DNA of 64,000 bases from a bacterium (GTDB lineage: Bacteria > Patescibacteriota > Microgenomatia > Curtissbacterales > GWA2-41-24): positions 335,072-399,071 of the forward strand of contig JAKAJD010000001.1 in assembly GCA_021813945.1 (NCBI GenBank). Reading direction: 5' to 3'. Within the stretch, counting starts at the first letter, position 1, and each line of letters begins with the position of its first letter. The translations under genes were made by a program, and so were the position numbers. Below the pieces are notes generated by a model, which was not told the DNA's origin, ran no database searches, and worked only from the letters and a program-made list of their open reading frames with translations. This document shows, piece by piece, positions 30,183 through 39,226 of this stretch.

Positions 30183-32750
30183 ATGGCAGATATAGGCAAA
30201 ATCCAACCGGTCGAAATAACCACAGAAATGCAAAGGTCTTACCTCGACTACGCCATGTCGGTTATTGTCGCCCGCGCTCTTCCGGACGTGCGCGACGGCC
30301 TAAAACCGGTTCACCGCAGAATAATCTACGCCATGCAGAGAATGGGTGTCACCCATAGCGCCCATTACACCAAAAGTGCCAAGGTAGTCGGTGAAGTTTT
30401 AGGCAAATACCATCCGCACGGCGACACATCTGTCTACGACGCAATGGTCCGAATGGCCCAGGATTTTGCAATGCGAAACCCGCTTGTCGACGGCCAGGGG
30501 AACTTCGGTTCAGTCGACGGCGATTCTCCGGCTGCCATGCGTTATACCGAAGCGCGCCTTGCCACAATCGCAGAAACCCTGCTTTACGATTTAGACAAGG
30601 ACACAGTCGATTGGACCGACAACTTTGACGGCAGCCTCAAAGAACCTGTTTTTCTGCCTGCACTTCTTCCCAACCTTCTCATAAATGGTGCCTCGGGAAT
30701 TGCGGTCGGTATGGCCACAAATATTCCGCCTCATAACCTTGGAGAAATAATAGATGCCACCATTCAACTAATCGATAAACCGGAAAGTTCTATTGAAGAT
30801 TTGATGGAGCATGTTAAGGGTCCAGATTTCCCAACAGGTGCCCAAATCTACGACATATCGGAAATTACGGCAGCCTACGCCACTGGCCGGGGCAAAATTA
30901 TGATGCGTGCCAAAGCCGATATCGAAGAAACAAAAGGTGGGCGCTTCCAAATTGTCGTCACCGAAATCCCGTATCAGGTCAACAAAGCCGTTTTGGTTTC
31001 CAGAATCGCGGAGCTGGTAAAAGACAAGAAATTGGATGGCATCTCCGACCTTCGCGACGAATCAGACAGAAAAGGTCTTCGGGTTGTAATAGAGTTAAAG
31101 CGAGATGCCAAGCCAAAATCGGTTCTGAATAACCTTTACAAACATACTGCCCTTCAGCAATCGTTCCCTGTGAATACAGTCGCCCTTGTCGACGGCACTC
31201 CGCAGACTTTAACCCTCAAGATGATTCTTGAGGAATTCATAAAACATCGCCAGAGTGTCATTACCCGAAGAAGCAAATTTGAACTTGAAGAAGCCAGAAA
31301 ACGCGAACACATTTTGGAGGGATTAAAAATTGCCGTCGACAACATCGACGCGGTCATAGAGACTATCAAGAAGAGTAAGGATACAACCGATGCAAAAGTA
31401 AACTTGATGTCCAAATTCAAGCTTTCCGAAATCCAAGCTTTGGCAATTTTGGACATGCAGCTCAAGCGTCTGGCCGCGCTAGAACGTCAAAAGATAGAAG
31501 AAGAATTGGCCATGGTCCGCGAAGAAATTGCATATCTTGAAGATCTTCTTGCCCATCCGGAAAAAATCCTTCTGGTTGCCAAAAACGAACTTTTAAAACT
31601 CAAGGAACGTTTTGCAGAGCCCAGAAGAACAAGGGTTTTCAAACAGAAAATTGGAGAATTTTCGGAAGAAGACCTAATTGCTAACGAGCCGACAATCGTA
31701 ACAATCACTGTAGGAGGATATGTTAAGCGTCAGGACATCGGGTCTTTTAGAACCCAACGCCGCGGCGGAAAAGGTATCTCGGGAATCACCACCAAGGAAG
31801 AAGACACAGTTGCCCAGCTTATGGCAGCACAAACTCACGACTTTTTGCTATTTTTTACAGACCGCGGCCGTGTTTTCCAGCTCAAAGTCTGGGAGCTTCC
31901 GGAATCTTCCAGAACCGCCAAGGGTGTTGCAATAGTTAATCTTTTAGACCTTCAGGCAGAAGAAAAAGTGCTTTCTATTCTAAAGATTCAAAAAGCCTCA
32001 AAAGACAGTGGTGAAAAAGCGAAATATGTTATTTTGGCAACCAAAAACGGTGTTATCAAAAAATCCGAAATCGCAGCCTACGAAAATATCCGCAAAACCG
32101 GAATCATTGCTATAAAGTTAACCGCCGGCGATTATCTTAGATGGGCAAAACTCACAAAGGGTGACGATATTGTCTTTTTAATATCCAAAAAAGGTATGTC
32201 CATCAAGTTTTCTGAAAAAGATGTTCGTCCAATGGCCCGCGACACAATGGGCGTTCGCGGAATCAAAATCAAACCGGGAGATGAACTGATCGGTATGGAT
32301 GTTATCGACAAAGACGATATAAAAGCCGACCTTTTGGTAATAACCCAAAAAGGAATCGGCAAAAAAACCAGCGTTTCAGCTTGGCCCACACAGCTCAGGG
32401 GGGGGGTTGGAGTGAAAGCGGCAAACCTGGCGGATAAAACAGGGGATATAGTCAATGCCCAAATCCTCACAAAAGACGACGAAGGGATTATCCTAACAAG
32501 CCAAAAAGGTCAGGTGATGCGAACCACCTTAAGATCTGTCCCACGTCTAACCCGCGATACTCAGGGCGTAATTATCATGCGTCTTTCAGGCGAAGATAAA
32601 GTTGCGGCAGCAACAGTTATTCAGAAGAAAAAAGAAGATGAGCAAGATTTAGAAGGGGAAATTAAAAAAGAAACGCAAAAAGCAGCACCTAAAAAGCCGG
32701 TCAAAAAACCGGCACCAAAAAAACCTGTCCAGAAAGCAAAGAAAAAGTAA
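30183..32750 (+). CDS. gyrA: DNA gyrase subunit A with a lysine-rich C-terminal tail
   Basis: Active-site region [28 protein letters not shown]. GyrA-box and beta-pinwheel repeats. C-terminal tail [19 protein letters not shown]. Confidence 0.95.
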   Translation: MADIGKIQPVEITTEMQRSYLDYAMSVIVARALPDVRDGLKPVHRRIIYAMQRMGVTHSAHYTKSAKVVGEVLGKYHPHGDTSVYDAMVRMAQDFAMRNPLVDGQGNFGSVDGDSPAAMRYTEARLATIAETLLYDLDKDTVDWTDNFDGSLKEPVFLPALLPNLLINGASGIAVGMATNIPPHNLGEIIDATIQLIDKPESSIEDLMEHVKGPDFPTGAQIYDISEITAAYATGRGKIMMRAKADIEETKGGRFQIVVTEIPYQVNKAVLVSRIAELVKDKKLDGISDLRDESDRKGLRVVIELKRDAKPKSVLNNLYKHTALQQSFPVNTVALVDGTPQTLTLKMILEEFIKHRQSVITRRSKFELEEARKREHILEGLKIAVDNIDAVIETIKKSKDTTDAKVNLMSKFKLSEIQALAILDMQLKRLAALERQKIEEELAMVREEIAYLEDLLAHPEKILLVAKNELLKLKERFAEPRRTRVFKQKIGEFSEEDLIANEPTIVTITVGGYVKRQDIGSFRTQRRGGKGISGITTKEEDTVAQLMAAQTHDFLLFFTDRGRVFQLKVWELPESSRTAKGVAIVNLLDLQAEEKVLSILKIQKASKDSGEKAKYVILATKNGVIKKSEIAAYENIRKTGIIAIKLTAGDYLRWAKLTKGDDIVFLISKKGMSIKFSEKDVRPMARDTMGVRGIKIKPGDELIGMDVIDKDDIKADLLVITQKGIGKKTSVSAWPTQLRGGVGVKAANLADKTGDIVNAQILTKDDEGIILTSQKGQVMRTTLRSVPRLTRDTQGVIIMRLSGEDKVAAATVIQKKKEDEQDLEGEIKKETQKAAPKKPVKKPAPKKPVQKAKKK

Positions 32751-32774
32751 GATGGCAAAATCAAAAACAGTCTA

Positions 32775-32798
32775 AGGGCCCCTCGGGGTCTTTTTTTT
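32775..32798 (+). terminator. intrinsic terminator after gyrA (GC-rich stem GGGCCCCTCGGGGTC followed by T8)
   Basis: Hairpin followed by a run of 8 T within 50 nt of the gyrA stop codon. Confidence 0.6.
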
Positions 32799-32805
32799 AG
32801 AAAAC

Positions 32806-33876
32806 GTGAGCAACAAAAAAGCAAGACTAATTCTAGAAGACGGCACAATTATTGAAGGCCAGGCGTTCGGGGCATCAACCTCAAAAGCCGGTGAAGTTGT
32901 TTTTGCAACAGGCATGACAGGCTACGACCTTTCTTTAACCGACCCTTCCTATGCCGGGCAAATTCTGACATTTACTTATCCTCTCATCGGGAATTGGGGA
33001 GTGCCGCCAAAAGAATTTTGGGAATCGGAAAAAATCCACGTTGAAGGTGTCGTCATTTCAGACCTGACCACAAATCCCAACCACTGGCAAAACGAAAAGT
33101 CGTTAAACGATTGGCTCGTGGAACAAAACGTTCCGGCAATTGTCGGAATCGACACTAGAGCTCTCACTCAAAAACTACGCGAAAAAGGTGTGATGCTAGG
33201 AAAAATCTTGGTAGGAAATCAGGATGTCGACTTCATCGATCCAAATGAAAAAAATTTGGTTGCAGAAGTTTCGATCGCAGAAGTCAAAATTCACAAATCG
33301 CCAATATTAAATCATAAATCAGAAATCCGAATAGGGCTACTCAACTGCGGCGCAAAGAAAAACATTACACGTTGTCTTACAAATCGGGGAGCCACAGTTT
33401 ATGAACTTCCCTGGAATTTCGACCCGTTTGCCAGTAAACTGCCGCTCGACGGACTGGTTATCTCCAATGGTCCTGGCGATCCAAAAATGGCTAAAGAAAG
33501 CATCAATATAATAAAGAAGGCTCTTTCCAAAAAACTGCCAACATTCGGAATATGTCTTGGCAACCAGCTTTTGGCCCTCGCCGCCGGCGCCAACACTTAC
33601 AAATTAAAATTTGGTCATCGGGCCCAAAACCAACCAACAATCGAAGTCGGCACAAAACGCTGCTACATCACAACCCAAAATCATGGCTTTGCAGTTGATG
33701 ACAAAAAGCTTCCGGACGGTTTCAAAAAATGGTTCACAAACGCCAATGACGGCTCAAACGAGGGGATCATACACTCAAAACTCCCTTTTATGAGCGTCCA
33801 GTTTCACCCCGAAAGTTTCCCTGGCCCGACAGATACCGAATTTTTATTCGATAAATTTATGGAGAATTTTAAATGA
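32806..33876 (+). CDS. carA: carbamoyl-phosphate synthase small (glutaminase) subunit
   Basis: CarA N-terminal domain (LILEDGTIIEGQAFGA). Class I GATase Cys in the GICLGNQ motif. Confidence 0.9.
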   Translation: MSNKKARLILEDGTIIEGQAFGASTSKAGEVVFATGMTGYDLSLTDPSYAGQILTFTYPLIGNWGVPPKEFWESEKIHVEGVVISDLTTNPNHWQNEKSLNDWLVEQNVPAIVGIDTRALTQKLREKGVMLGKILVGNQDVDFIDPNEKNLVAEVSIAEVKIHKSPILNHKSEIRIGLLNCGAKKNITRCLTNRGATVYELPWNFDPFASKLPLDGLVISNGPGDPKMAKESINIIKKALSKKLPTFGICLGNQLLALAAGANTYKLKFGHRAQNQPTIEVGTKRCYITTQNHGFAVDDKKLPDGFKKWFTNANDGSNEGIIHSKLPFMSVQFHPESFPGPTDTEFLFDKFMENFK

Positions 33877-36800
33877 AGATTTTACTTCTAGGTTCCGGAG
33901 CACTGCAAATCGGCCAAGCAGGTGAATTCGACTATTCCGGCTCGCAGGCAATAAAAGCCTTAAAAGAGGAAGGCCACCAAGTGATATTGATAAATCCAAA
34001 TATAGCAACAATCCAAACATCTCAAGGTTTTGCCGATAAAGTTTACTTCCTGCCAATCACCCCTCATTTCATAGAAGAAGTGATAAAAAGCGAAAAACCG
34101 CATGGAATCATTCTCTCATTTGGCGGACAGACTGCCTTAAATTGCGGTCTGGAGCTGGTCAAAAATAAAACACTTGCAAAGAACAAGGTTAGGGTTCTGG
34201 GAACACCAACCGCAGCAATTGAAAAAACCGAAGACAGACAATTATTTGTCCAAACCTTAGACGAAATAGGTGCAAAATATCCAAAAAGCATAGCGGTAAA
34301 AAACGAAAAAGAAGCAACAAATGCCGCCCGAAAAATTGGCTATCCAGTAATGGTTCGTGGCGGTTTTTCGCTTGGGGGTCAGGATTCAGGCCTTGCCAAA
34401 AACAAGAAAGAGCTTTTGGAAATTGCTTCCCGGGCTCTTGCCAAAACGAAGCAAATTTTAATTGAAGAATACCTAAAGGGATGGAAAGAAATTGAATACG
34501 AAGTAGTCCGCGATAAATTCGACAACTGCATAACTGTTTGTAACATGGAAAATTTCGACCCTATGGGCATCCATACAGGAGAATCTATAGTGGTCGCACC
34601 CTCTCAAACTTTGAACAATTTTGAATACCATGGTCTTCGTGAAGTGGCAATTCGCGTTATTCGTCATCTTGGAATAGTAGGCGAATGTAATATTCAGTTC
34701 GCCTTAAATCCCAATCCAGATACCAGTGACCAGAAACCAGAGACCAGGTCTGGGAACTGGAACCTGGAAGCTGGAAACTTGCTCGATTATCGCATTATCG
34801 AAGTTAATGCCCGCCTTTCCCGGTCATCCGCTTTAGCCTCAAAAGCAACCGGCTATCCGCTCGCGTACGTCGCAGCCAAACTCGCTTTGGGATATTCACT
34901 CACAGAAATAAAAAACTCTGTGACTAAAAAAACTATCGCTGCATTTGAACCGGCACTGGATTATCTTGTTGTTAAAATCCCACGATGGGATCTTTCAAAA
35001 TTCAAAAACAGCCACACTCAAATTGGCTCATCCATGCAATCTGTAGGCGAAGTCATGGCGATCGGTCGCAAATTTGAAGAAGCCCTGCAAAAAGCAACCA
35101 GAATGCTCGATATTGGCACTCAAGGCATATGTGACGAATCTTATGCCACCGGTGACTATAAAACCCCAAGCCCTTCACGTGTATTTTCAATAGCAAGAGC
35201 AATAAAAAAAGGCAAAAGCACTGAAACAATTGCCCAAAAAACCGGAGTCGACCTGTTTTTTCTTGAAAAAATAAAAAATATTACAGAAGTCGAAAAAGAC
35301 CTCAAAAAAGAAAATTTAACGAAAGAAAATTTGCTGCTTGCCAAGCAACTTGGAACATCCGACAAAAGAATTGCCCAAATAAAAAAAACGGACCCTCAAA
35401 AAATCACCGACCAAAGGACTGGGTGGGGGATAAAACCGTCTGTAAAACAAATCGACACGCTTGCTGCCGAATATCCCGCACAAACTAATTATCTTTATCT
35501 GACTTATAATGGCAACAAAGACGACCTTTCTTTTTCCAACTCTAAATTAAAGAATTCAAAATCAGTCATTGTTTTGGGCTCCGGTCCTTACCGCATCGGC
35601 TCTTCCGTGGAATTCGATTGGTGCTCCGTCACATGCGCCCAAACTGTCAGAGAAAATGGACTTAAGCCAATAATCATAAACTGCAACCCGGAAACCGTTT
35701 CCACAGACTATGATATGGCCGAAAGGCTTTATTTTGAGGAACTTACACTAGAAACCGTTCTGGAAATTTACGAAAAGGAAAAACCGCATGGGGTCATTGT
35801 TTCAATGGGTGGACAAACTCCAAATAACCTTACTCCAAAGCTAGAAAGTGTCGGAGTCAAAATCCTTGGCACAAAACCCCAAAATATAGATATGGCAGAA
35901 GACAGAAGCAAATTTTCAGCTCTTTGCGACACACTAGGAATCGATCAGCCGAAATGGGCAATGCTAAAAGACGTTAAGAGTGCAGGCCGATTCGCCAAAA
36001 AAATCGGCTTCCCTGTACTGGTTCGTCCTTCTTATGTTTTATCCGGGGCTGCCATGAATGTAGCCTTTAATAAAGAAGATCTGGAACAATATCTAAAAGC
36101 AGCTGCCAACGTTTCACCGGAGCACCCGGTTGTTGTTTCTAAATTCCACGAAAACGCCAAGGAGTTGGAAATAGACGCGGTTGCAAAAGATGGCAAAATT
36201 CTATGCCAGGCAATCTCCGAACACATTGAAAACGCCGGCGTTCATTCAGGCGACTCAACAATTGTCCTTCCGGCCCAAAGGCTTTATCAGGAAACCATAG
36301 AAAAAGTAAACGAAATTTCAAAAAAGATCGCTCTAAATCTTAAAATAACCGGCCCTTTCAACATCCAGTTTTTGGCGGTCGAAAACCATATCAGAGTCAT
36401 TGAATGCAACCTACGCGCATCCCGAAGCCTTCCGTTTGTATCTAAAGTTTCAGGCATCAATTTTGCCAAAGTAGCAACCGAAGCAATTTTGGATAAAAAG
36501 CCTATAGTCAATGATCGGTCAACAATAGTCAAAAGTTCTGAAAGAACCCTGCCTTATGTTGGAGTCAAGGCACCTCAATTTTCCTTTGCCAGAATAAAAG
36601 GCGCCGACCCAATTCTTCGCGTTGAAATGGCCTCAACCGGTGAAGTTGCCACATTCGGGAGTGACGTTTACGAAGCGTTTCTAAAATCGCTTTTGGCAAC
36701 AGGAAACCGGCTGCCCGCAAAATCAGTCTTTATCTCACTTGCCGGCGATGAAAACAAGATTAAATTTTTAGAAAGTGCCAAACTGCTCAAGTCTATTGGC

Positions 36801-37133
36801 CTAAAGATCTACGCCACAGAAGGGACCGCTAAATTCCTAGCCGAAAACGGAGTCAAATCAACAAAACTTTATAAAATCCACGAGCACAAAAAACCAAACG
36901 TTTTGGATATTTTGCACAACAAAAAAGTGGATCTTGTGATAAATATTTTCGACCCTTATTTTAAAAAAGAATTCGATGACGATTACCTGATAAGAAGAAA
37001 CACCATCGATTTCGGCATCCCACTTCTTACAAATTTGCAAACTGCTGAACTTTTCGCCAAAGCAATCTCACTCAAAAAACTTCCGGATCTAAAAGCTCTT
37101 CCCTGGGAAAGCTACGTGACATTCCTAAATTAG
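33873..37133 (+). CDS. carB: carbamoyl-phosphate synthase large subunit
   Basis: 1086 aa. Duplicated ATP-grasp modules (MKILLLGSGALQIGQAGEFDYSG and a second VIVLGSGPYRIGSSVEFDW). MGS-like C-terminus. Its start overlaps the carA stop (ATGA). Confidence 0.95.
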   Translation: MKILLLGSGALQIGQAGEFDYSGSQAIKALKEEGHQVILINPNIATIQTSQGFADKVYFLPITPHFIEEVIKSEKPHGIILSFGGQTALNCGLELVKNKTLAKNKVRVLGTPTAAIEKTEDRQLFVQTLDEIGAKYPKSIAVKNEKEATNAARKIGYPVMVRGGFSLGGQDSGLAKNKKELLEIASRALAKTKQILIEEYLKGWKEIEYEVVRDKFDNCITVCNMENFDPMGIHTGESIVVAPSQTLNNFEYHGLREVAIRVIRHLGIVGECNIQFALNPNPDTSDQKPETRSGNWNLEAGNLLDYRIIEVNARLSRSSALASKATGYPLAYVAAKLALGYSLTEIKNSVTKKTIAAFEPALDYLVVKIPRWDLSKFKNSHTQIGSSMQSVGEVMAIGRKFEEALQKATRMLDIGTQGICDESYATGDYKTPSPSRVFSIARAIKKGKSTETIAQKTGVDLFFLEKIKNITEVEKDLKKENLTKENLLLAKQLGTSDKRIAQIKKTDPQKITDQRTGWGIKPSVKQIDTLAAEYPAQTNYLYLTYNGNKDDLSFSNSKLKNSKSVIVLGSGPYRIGSSVEFDWCSVTCAQTVRENGLKPIIINCNPETVSTDYDMAERLYFEELTLETVLEIYEKEKPHGVIVSMGGQTPNNLTPKLESVGVKILGTKPQNIDMAEDRSKFSALCDTLGIDQPKWAMLKDVKSAGRFAKKIGFPVLVRPSYVLSGAAMNVAFNKEDLEQYLKAAANVSPEHPVVVSKFHENAKELEIDAVAKDGKILCQAISEHIENAGVHSGDSTIVLPAQRLYQETIEKVNEISKKIALNLKITGPFNIQFLAVENHIRVIECNLRASRSLPFVSKVSGINFAKVATEAILDKKPIVNDRSTIVKSSERTLPYVGVKAPQFSFARIKGADPILRVEMASTGEVATFGSDVYEAFLKSLLATGNRLPAKSVFISLAGDENKIKFLESAKLLKSIGLKIYATEGTAKFLAENGVKSTKLYKIHEHKKPNVLDILHNKKVDLVINIFDPYFKKEFDDDYLIRRNTIDFGIPLLTNLQTAELFAKAISLKKLPDLKALPWESYVTFLN

Positions 37134-39226
37134 GGACAAGTTGCCGCAGTTATAGATTGCCCCGGTGCTCCGGTAGAATTTGGTGGATATATGTGATTGC
37201 TTCCTTTATCAAAACTAAAAGCCTTCACTCGCCAAAAGTAAGTTGTCCCATTTTGCGGCATTAACTGATCTCCCGCCGTCTGTGAATCTGCATCACCGCT
37301 ATCCATAGGCCCAACTGTCATTGTTGGTGTCTCGCTATCCCACTTAAACAGCACAGGATTACCACTATCCGACATTTGTTTTTGGGTTCTGTAAATTCCT
37401 TTAACTCCCCAAACCGAAGGTCTTACGCTTGTACTCGAAGGGCCACCAAATGGATCGCGGCTTATATCGAGCCAAAAACCTGTTTCGAAAGTACTACTAT
37501 CCAAAAAGCTAAAGGTAACAACAGGGTTGGCGCCACTGCATGTTGTAGTAGCCGTTAAACCGGAAGGGTCACCGATAATAGGCGTAACAGTGGGACTAGG
37601 GGTTACAGTCGGACCTGTCGTCGGTGTGGCAGTGGGAAGCGGAGGTTGCGCAGTCCCGGTATCGCCCTGGGCGTAAAACGATGGTGTAGCAGATTTTGTA
37701 TATCCCAAAGGAGCTAAATCAAAAGTGGAATATACATTACCACCGGTTGGGACCTGCCACCTGTAAACTGCAATTAAGTTATTCTTAGTATCCTGATAAT
37801 TTTTCGCATAAAAGGCAATACCTTGAGATGCATAACTCCCACCAGGCGAGCTTGTCTCATAAAGATGAACACCGCTTGAATTGTCCAACCAGTCATAAAT
37901 GGGCACCAAATCGGAAGCCGAAACAGAGGAGGCGGTAAATGCATTACCTTCAAACGTGTACCCCGAAGGGCCGCTCGTCGAACTTTGCAAATAAACCGTA
38001 TTTCCTTTGCTGTCACGCCATTGATAAATAAAAGACCCTAAAACTATTTCCTGCATGTACACCTGATAATCTGTACCATTTGAATATGTCTCGTAAATAA
38101 TCGGTCCCTTGGCAAATTGCTCATGCTGAGCCCCTCCGTAACAAAAAAATCCGGTAGCGCCGCTAACCCATTGGTCGCAATGCACAAGAATTTGCTCGCT
38201 ACTCCAAGGACCACTTAAGCTGTCTGAGGTTCTTGCGGCTACCACACTTACAATTCCGGTATTGTAAGTTGCCACCCATTTACCAACAAAGGTGTTGTAT
38301 CTGACCGAGACACCATGAATATAAGTGAACGGATTCACATCGTTAAGCCATAAAAGCCCCGAGCCAGCCCTCCATAAAGGTGCAACAGCGGAAATATTTG
38401 ACACAAAGGAGCTACCATTCCAATATTGGTAGTCAGCAATATTATTTTTGGCAACAGACGCAATCGGTACCTTCATAAGACCAATTCCTATCTGTTGGCT
38501 CGTATTTTCAACAGAAACGTAAATATAAATATCACTTCCGGAAATTGTCGTCTGCGCACCCATCAACTTGATGCCATAAGTGCTGTAAAGCGTGTTATTA
38601 TTCCACAAATAGCAATTACTGGGATTCGTACAGGTACCAATCCTCTGCGTAGACAAATCCGTGACATTCATTTTTGCCAAACCTGTGCCTTGGGGATTAC
38701 CTGAAAAATCGACACCAACGTAGTAAAAATAAATGTAGCCGCTTGTAATAGTTGAATCAATCCAGGAAACAGGCCACGCGGTTAACTCACCAACCGTCGA
38801 AAGTAGGGGAAACATAGGCGTAGCAGTTGCTCCGGACGCCTTACTTGTTAAATTCATACACACAGAAGGGTCTGTATCGGTGGTATAACTTACGCTGTTT
38901 GGCATAATCCAAATACCACCACTTCCGGTAATATCCCCGAACATAAAATAGCTTTTTCCGCCAAGATAAGTACCGACCCCGCCATCCTGTCCGTAAATAC
39001 CAACACTGCGTTGATTCGCACCCAAAAGGGAACAAACTTTTCTGCTTGCAAAGGAAACAATTGGTTTATCCGTCTGAAAGGGAACACCGCTTGTGCTTGC
39101 CGATTTAACCTTGGATCTTGCCATGTCTTGACCCAGAAACAAAAGCGCACCGAAAACTAAAATTACTGAAAAAAATACAAAAAGGAACCTAAGATGATAA
39201 AGGCGTTCAATAAACATTACGGACAA
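37130..39226 (-). CDS. secreted or membrane-anchored Asp-box (BNR-like) beta-propeller protein with a Pro/Thr linker and a conserved C-terminal FN3-like domain (paralog A)
   Basis: N-terminal TM anchor. Degenerate Asp-box (TSDSLSGPW). PT-rich linker TPTTGPTVTPSPTVTP. The last ~150 aa are about 65 percent identical to the C-terminus of the upstream gene and end in YFWRVKAF...ATCP. Confidence 0.7.
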   Translation of the reverse strand: MSVMFIERLYHLRFLFVFFSVILVFGALLFLGQDMARSKVKSASTSGVPFQTDKPIVSFASRKVCSLLGANQRSVGIYGQDGGVGTYLGGKSYFMFGDITGSGGIWIMPNSVSYTTDTDPSVCMNLTSKASGATATPMFPLLSTVGELTAWPVSWIDSTITSGYIYFYYVGVDFSGNPQGTGLAKMNVTDLSTQRIGTCTNPSNCYLWNNNTLYSTYGIKLMGAQTTISGSDIYIYVSVENTSQQIGIGLMKVPIASVAKNNIADYQYWNGSSFVSNISAVAPLWRAGSGLLWLNDVNPFTYIHGVSVRYNTFVGKWVATYNTGIVSVVAARTSDSLSGPWSSEQILVHCDQWVSGATGFFCYGGAQHEQFAKGPIIYETYSNGTDYQVYMQEIVLGSFIYQWRDSKGNTVYLQSSTSGPSGYTFEGNAFTASSVSASDLVPIYDWLDNSSGVHLYETSSPGGSYASQGIAFYAKNYQDTKNNLIAVYRWQVPTGGNVYSTFDLAPLGYTKSATPSFYAQGDTGTAQPPLPTATPTTGPTVTPSPTVTPIIGDPSGLTATTTCSGANPVVTFSFLDSSTFETGFWLDISRDPFGGPSSTSVRPSVWGVKGIYRTQKQMSDSGNPVLFKWDSETPTMTVGPMDSGDADSQTAGDQLMPQNGTTYFWRVKAFSFDKGSNHIYPPNSTGAPGQSITAATCP

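Noticed and set aside
37128-37135. Overlapping convergent stop codons: TTAG shared by carB and surface-protein gene A, and likewise TTAA at 10262-10265 shared by trmD and pilO.
   Set aside because: This is a simple consequence of a compact genome. It is informative only in that no terminators separate these convergent genes, so it is not treated as a feature.
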